From NCBI GenBank assembly GCA_963516555.1, contig CAUQCU010000001.1, forward strand, positions 1-52,823: DNA of 52,823 nt. The letters run 5' to 3'. The DNA is from Campylobacter concisus (GTDB lineage: Bacteria; Campylobacterota; Campylobacteria; Campylobacterales; Campylobacteraceae). A model generated the notes under the pieces. It did no database searches. It saw only the letters and a program-made list of their open reading frames with translations, and was not told where the DNA came from. This document shows positions 49,163-52,823 of the stretch, piece after piece. The position numbers were made by a program, and so were the translations under genes. Each line of letters opens with the position of its first letter. Position 1 is the stretch's first letter.

Positions 49163-50607
49163 TGAGAAAAATTGCGACTAAGATACTTTATCTTTTTGTC
49201 ATTTTGACGCTATTTTTTGTTTTGGCGATGCTTTATCTCTGGCATGAAGGCGAGTATCAAAGAAGCTTTGCAAACATTGATAATAGCGAGTTTTACCGCT
49301 CACCAGAGGGTAAAATTTACGTTCAAATTTCAGGCAGCGGCAAGTATGAGCTAAAAGGCGTCGATGAGGCTAGTTTTAGGGTCTTAAAGCTAAAACACGC
49401 GTATGATTATTCAAACGTAGCGGCTGATAAAAATCATGTCTATTGCGCTAGAGAAATTTTACCTGATCTTGATCCAAAAAGCACCAAAGTGCTTGGCAAT
49501 GGCTATATAAGTGATGGCAAGATAAGCTATTATTGCGCCACTAGAAGCGAGAAAGAGGCGGGATTTAACGAATTTGGCGCCATTATGAAAAACCTTGTTC
49601 ACGTTTTTATAAAAAGCTACGATGATAGCCCTTATTTTTACAGGACAAAGCTGGTTGAAAGTGCAAATTTAGAGCCTATCTTTGACGCTGGCTTTGCAAG
49701 AGACGGCAGCACGCTTTACTACAAGGGCGAAAAGCTTGATGCGCAGCCTAGTGAGCTAAGATACATCACGACAGAAAGCGGCGCTTCTAGCGGATATTAT
49801 ACAGACGGCAAAAGCTTGTTTATGGGCTTTTATAGGCTTGATACAAGATATTCAGATGAGACGCGCCGGATTTGCTATGATGATAAGCACGATATAGAAT
49901 ATCTTTTTGAGCCAAAAAGTGGGGCTGTGTTTGCAAATGAGCATAAATTTAACGCTCAAAATATGCCTTATAGCGCCATTTATAGCGTGGATAACGTGCA
50001 CTCGTTTTGGCCTCTTTTTGCCAGCAAAGATGGAATTTACTTTTGGGATAGCACGAAAAACGAGCAGGCTAAAATTTCAGACTACCAGCTAAAAGGTGAG
50101 CTAAAAAGGCTCTATGCTGACGTTTTTGTAGATGAGAGCTCAGCGTATTTCTTACAGCAAGGCGAAGAGTGGCAGCGCTCAAAGCACGGCAGGCACTTAG
50201 TGGCACAAACAGTCTCTTTATATAAATTTGCTCCAAGCTCATCTTGGCGCGAAGTAGGGCAGGTAAAAGATGGCGAGTATGGCGCAGTCTATGCAAATGG
50301 CGATAAGGTCTATTTTTTTAGCAAGATAAAGCCATTTTATGGCATAAAGCATAGCGTTTATGAGGTGGCTGATCTTAGCGTAATTGAAATTTTAACAAGA
50401 GCGTCTAAAGAGCTTAGCGCAAAAGATATCAGCGAGATGATAAAGCGCGGCGAGCTAGTGGAGGCAAGCGGCGAAGAGGTCGCAAGGTCGAGGATAGAGT
50501 ATGACTCGCCAAAGATCATTTTGTATATCACATTTGGCATCGCTTTTGTCGTCATAGTGCTAACAACTCTTGCAAAACCAAAGAGAGATAAAAGCGACTT
50601 GAGATAA
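49162..50607 (+). CDS. DKNYY-family membrane-anchored protein (paralogue of the preceding gene)
   Basis: ADKNHVYC, SDGKISYY, RDGSTLYY; shares YGAVYANGDK and YLxEPxSG with the upstream gene. Confidence 0.8.
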   Translation: MRKIATKILYLFVILTLFFVLAMLYLWHEGEYQRSFANIDNSEFYRSPEGKIYVQISGSGKYELKGVDEASFRVLKLKHAYDYSNVAADKNHVYCAREILPDLDPKSTKVLGNGYISDGKISYYCATRSEKEAGFNEFGAIMKNLVHVFIKSYDDSPYFYRTKLVESANLEPIFDAGFARDGSTLYYKGEKLDAQPSELRYITTESGASSGYYTDGKSLFMGFYRLDTRYSDETRRICYDDKHDIEYLFEPKSGAVFANEHKFNAQNMPYSAIYSVDNVHSFWPLFASKDGIYFWDSTKNEQAKISDYQLKGELKRLYADVFVDESSAYFLQQGEEWQRSKHGRHLVAQTVSLYKFAPSSSWREVGQVKDGEYGAVYANGDKVYFFSKIKPFYGIKHSVYEVADLSVIEILTRASKELSAKDISEMIKRGELVEASGEEVARSRIEYDSPKIILYITFGIAFVVIVLTTLAKPKRDKSDLR

Positions 50608-50733
50608 ATTTCAAAGTGGCTATTTTTGGCGGCTGAAGCTTAAAATTTCATAAAAAATTTAAAGAGAAAATTTGACCTATTTACTCTTTTTTGTTATTTT
50701 AAGGCAAAACTGAAATTTATAAAAAGGAGAAAA

Positions 50734-52674
50734 ATGTTTAAATTTCAAAGGTCAAAATTTAACAACTCAGTATTTATCCCATCGCTTATTGTCATATTTT
50801 TAATAGCGGCATTTGCAGCGATATTTCCAAATTTCTCAAATGAGTTTTTTAAGGGTATGCAAAACTATATCGCGGCCAAATTTGGCTGGTTTTATATCCT
50901 AGTCGTTGCCGTCATACTGCTAAGTGTCATCATCCTTGGTTTTAGTAAGCTTGGTGAGATCAAACTAGGAGCCGATCACGTAAAGCCAGAGCACAAAAAT
51001 ATCTCGTGGTTTTCTATGCTGTTTGCCGCTGGTATGGGTATCGGGCTCGTGTTTTTTGGTGTGGCCGAGCCGCTCATGCACTATCTAAACCCACCAGTTG
51101 GCGACGCGCAAACTATCGCAGCGCAAAAGCTTGCGATGAATATCACATTTTTTCACTGGGGCATGGGCGCATGGTCGGTTTATGCCATTGTGGCGCTAAT
51201 TCTAGCCTTTTTCTCGTATAGACACGGCTTGCCACTCACGCTTAGATCGGCGTTTTATCCGATCATCGGAGATAAAATTTACGGCAAGATAGGTAGTGCT
51301 ATCGATACATTTGCCGTCGTAGCGACCCTTTTTGGTGTGGCGACATCGCTGGGATATGGCGTACTTCAGGTAAATGCTGGCCTTACGCACGTTTTTGGCC
51401 TGCCGACTATGCACATCACGCTTCTAATAGTGCTTTGTTTTGCAGCTACCATCTCAGCGGCTAGCGGCGTGGATAAGGGCATTAAAATTTTATCAAACGC
51501 AAATATCGCGCTAGCTATATGTTTTATGTTTTTGATACTATTTTTGGGCGATACGACGCAGCTTCTAAAGTCGTTTGTGCAAAACAGCGGCGACTACGTC
51601 TCTACGCTCATCTCAAACACTTTTAACCTCTACGCCTACGAGAGGCAAAATGAGAGCTGGCTTGGTGGCTGGACGCTGCTATACTGGGCTTGGTGGCTAT
51701 CTTGGTCGCCGTTTGTGGGACTATTTATAGCTAAAATTTCAAAAGGCAGGACGATAAGAGAATTTGTGATAGGCGTGCTCCTCGTACCAACTGGCTTTAC
51801 CTTTGCTTGGATGAGCTTTTTTGGCAACTCGGCGATTGCGTTGGTGCAAGGCGGCTTTAGCGAGCTAGCAACGACTGTAAATTCCGACTCAGCCTCAGCA
51901 CTTTTTATGTTTTTGGAGAAATTTAGCTTCTCAGGCGTGCTAAGCGTGATCGCAGTCTTTATGATCGTCATATTTTTCGTAACTTCTGCCGACTCTGCGG
52001 CGATCGTTATGAACATGCTTTGCTCAAACGGCAAGGACGATACGCCAGTTTGGCAAAAGGTCTTTTGGGGCGTTACAGTGGGCGTCGTGGCGGCATTTTT
52101 GATGCTAGCAGGCGGTCTTGGCTCGCTTCAAGCTCTCACGATCACTACGGCATTGCCATTTTCCATAGTGTTACTTGGCGCCATTTACGGGCTATTTAAG
52201 GCGTTGCGTGTGGATCTAACCAAAAAAGAGACAAATAACTTTAGCAACATGCCCATTAGTGATCTTTCAAAGCCGTGGCAAGAGCGCCTAAGTGCGATCA
52301 TTACGCTGCCAGGCAAGAAAGATGGCAAGAAATTTTTAAACGAAGTCGTGCTAAAAGCTTTTAATGAGCTAAAAGAGGAATTTGCTAAAAACGGCCTTGA
52401 AGCAAAGGTCACAAATGGCGAAAATTTTGTAAATTTAAATGTCGGACTTGGCGACGAGATGGACTTTAGATATGGCGTCTATCTCACCAAAAGCCATAGC
52501 CCAGACTATACCAGAGAGCTTGACGGCGACGATCTTTACTATAGAGCCGAGGTCTATCTAAAAGAGGGCGGTCAGGACTACGACGTGCTTGGCTGGAGCG
52601 AAGCCACGCTGATAAACGACGTCATCGAGCAATACCGCAAACATATGCAATTTTTACACGTTGTAAGAGAGTAA
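50734..52674 (+). CDS. betT: BCCT family choline/betaine transporter (long BetT type)
   Basis: SWFSMLFAAGMGIGLVFFGVAEP, FHWG, WTLLYWAWWLSWSPFVG, FFVTSADS, C-terminal YYRAEVYLKEGGQDYD. Confidence 0.92.
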   Translation: MFKFQRSKFNNSVFIPSLIVIFLIAAFAAIFPNFSNEFFKGMQNYIAAKFGWFYILVVAVILLSVIILGFSKLGEIKLGADHVKPEHKNISWFSMLFAAGMGIGLVFFGVAEPLMHYLNPPVGDAQTIAAQKLAMNITFFHWGMGAWSVYAIVALILAFFSYRHGLPLTLRSAFYPIIGDKIYGKIGSAIDTFAVVATLFGVATSLGYGVLQVNAGLTHVFGLPTMHITLLIVLCFAATISAASGVDKGIKILSNANIALAICFMFLILFLGDTTQLLKSFVQNSGDYVSTLISNTFNLYAYERQNESWLGGWTLLYWAWWLSWSPFVGLFIAKISKGRTIREFVIGVLLVPTGFTFAWMSFFGNSAIALVQGGFSELATTVNSDSASALFMFLEKFSFSGVLSVIAVFMIVIFFVTSADSAAIVMNMLCSNGKDDTPVWQKVFWGVTVGVVAAFLMLAGGLGSLQALTITTALPFSIVLLGAIYGLFKALRVDLTKKETNNFSNMPISDLSKPWQERLSAIITLPGKKDGKKFLNEVVLKAFNELKEEFAKNGLEAKVTNGENFVNLNVGLGDEMDFRYGVYLTKSHSPDYTRELDGDDLYYRAEVYLKEGGQDYDVLGWSEATLINDVIEQYRKHMQFLHVVRE

Positions 52675-52683
52675 ATTTGAGTG

Positions 52684-52719
52684 AAATTTGCCTGGAATTT
52701 TAAAATTCTGGGCAAATTT
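52684..52719 (+). terminator. Hairpin after betT, probable terminator
   Basis: AAATTTGCC...GAATTTTAAAATTC...GGCAAATTT. Confidence 0.7.
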
Positions 52720-52780
52720 GCAAATTCAATCTAGTTGTTCCGCAAATTTTAAAAATCCATTTACCCCTAAGAATTGACTA

Positions 52781-52820
52781 CTAAAATTTGGCTTCGCTTA
52801 TCGCTTAGCTCAAATTTTAG
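52781..52820. repeat. Palindromic intergenic element, probably continuing past the right edge
   Basis: CTAAAATTTG-GCTTCGCTTATCGCTTAGCT-CAAATTTTAG; the reverse strand contains AAGCGAAGC, also present at 5101-5109. Confidence 0.45.
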
Positions 52821-52823
52821 AGC

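Overview
A chromosomal window from a Campylobacter, most likely C. concisus or a close oral relative. This is inferred from gene content, CjaA- and GroEL-type sequences and frequent AAATTT words. Left arm: partial priA, a prepilin-type protein, probable zapA/zapB, uvrB, a ~470-bp palindrome-rich intergenic stretch, an internally duplicated membrane protein, an Fsr-type MFS transporter, a repeat-built AsmA-like protein, and groES-groEL with clear HspR (HAIR) and HrcA (CIRCE) operators. Centre (12.7-33.0 kb): a compositionally mosaic surface-glycan operon. It encodes CDP-3,6-dideoxyhexose enzymes (rfbF, rfbG, rfbH) interleaved with a YerE-like ThDP enzyme, a HAD phosphatase, an HpcH-type aldolase and an SDR, which points to a C4-branched dideoxy sugar. 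It also encodes a GT-C-like membrane protein with GtrA/GtrB, an acyltransferase-3 gene frameshifted at a G8 tract (phase-OFF), a GT2, Wzx, a WbaZ-like GT4, ManC, a phosphomannomutase and WbaP. No Wzy, Wzz, WaaL or DdhD is recognisable. Right arm: a cysteine/amino-acid ABC transporter, aguA-CDF-aguB, a TAXI-TRAP transporter, a Sel1 protein, a YgjP-like protein, MATE, an ABC-F (Uup-like) protein, two tandem DKNYY-type paralogues and BetT. No rRNA, tRNA, CRISPR array or transposase was seen. All family calls are by motif recognition only; no searches were run.
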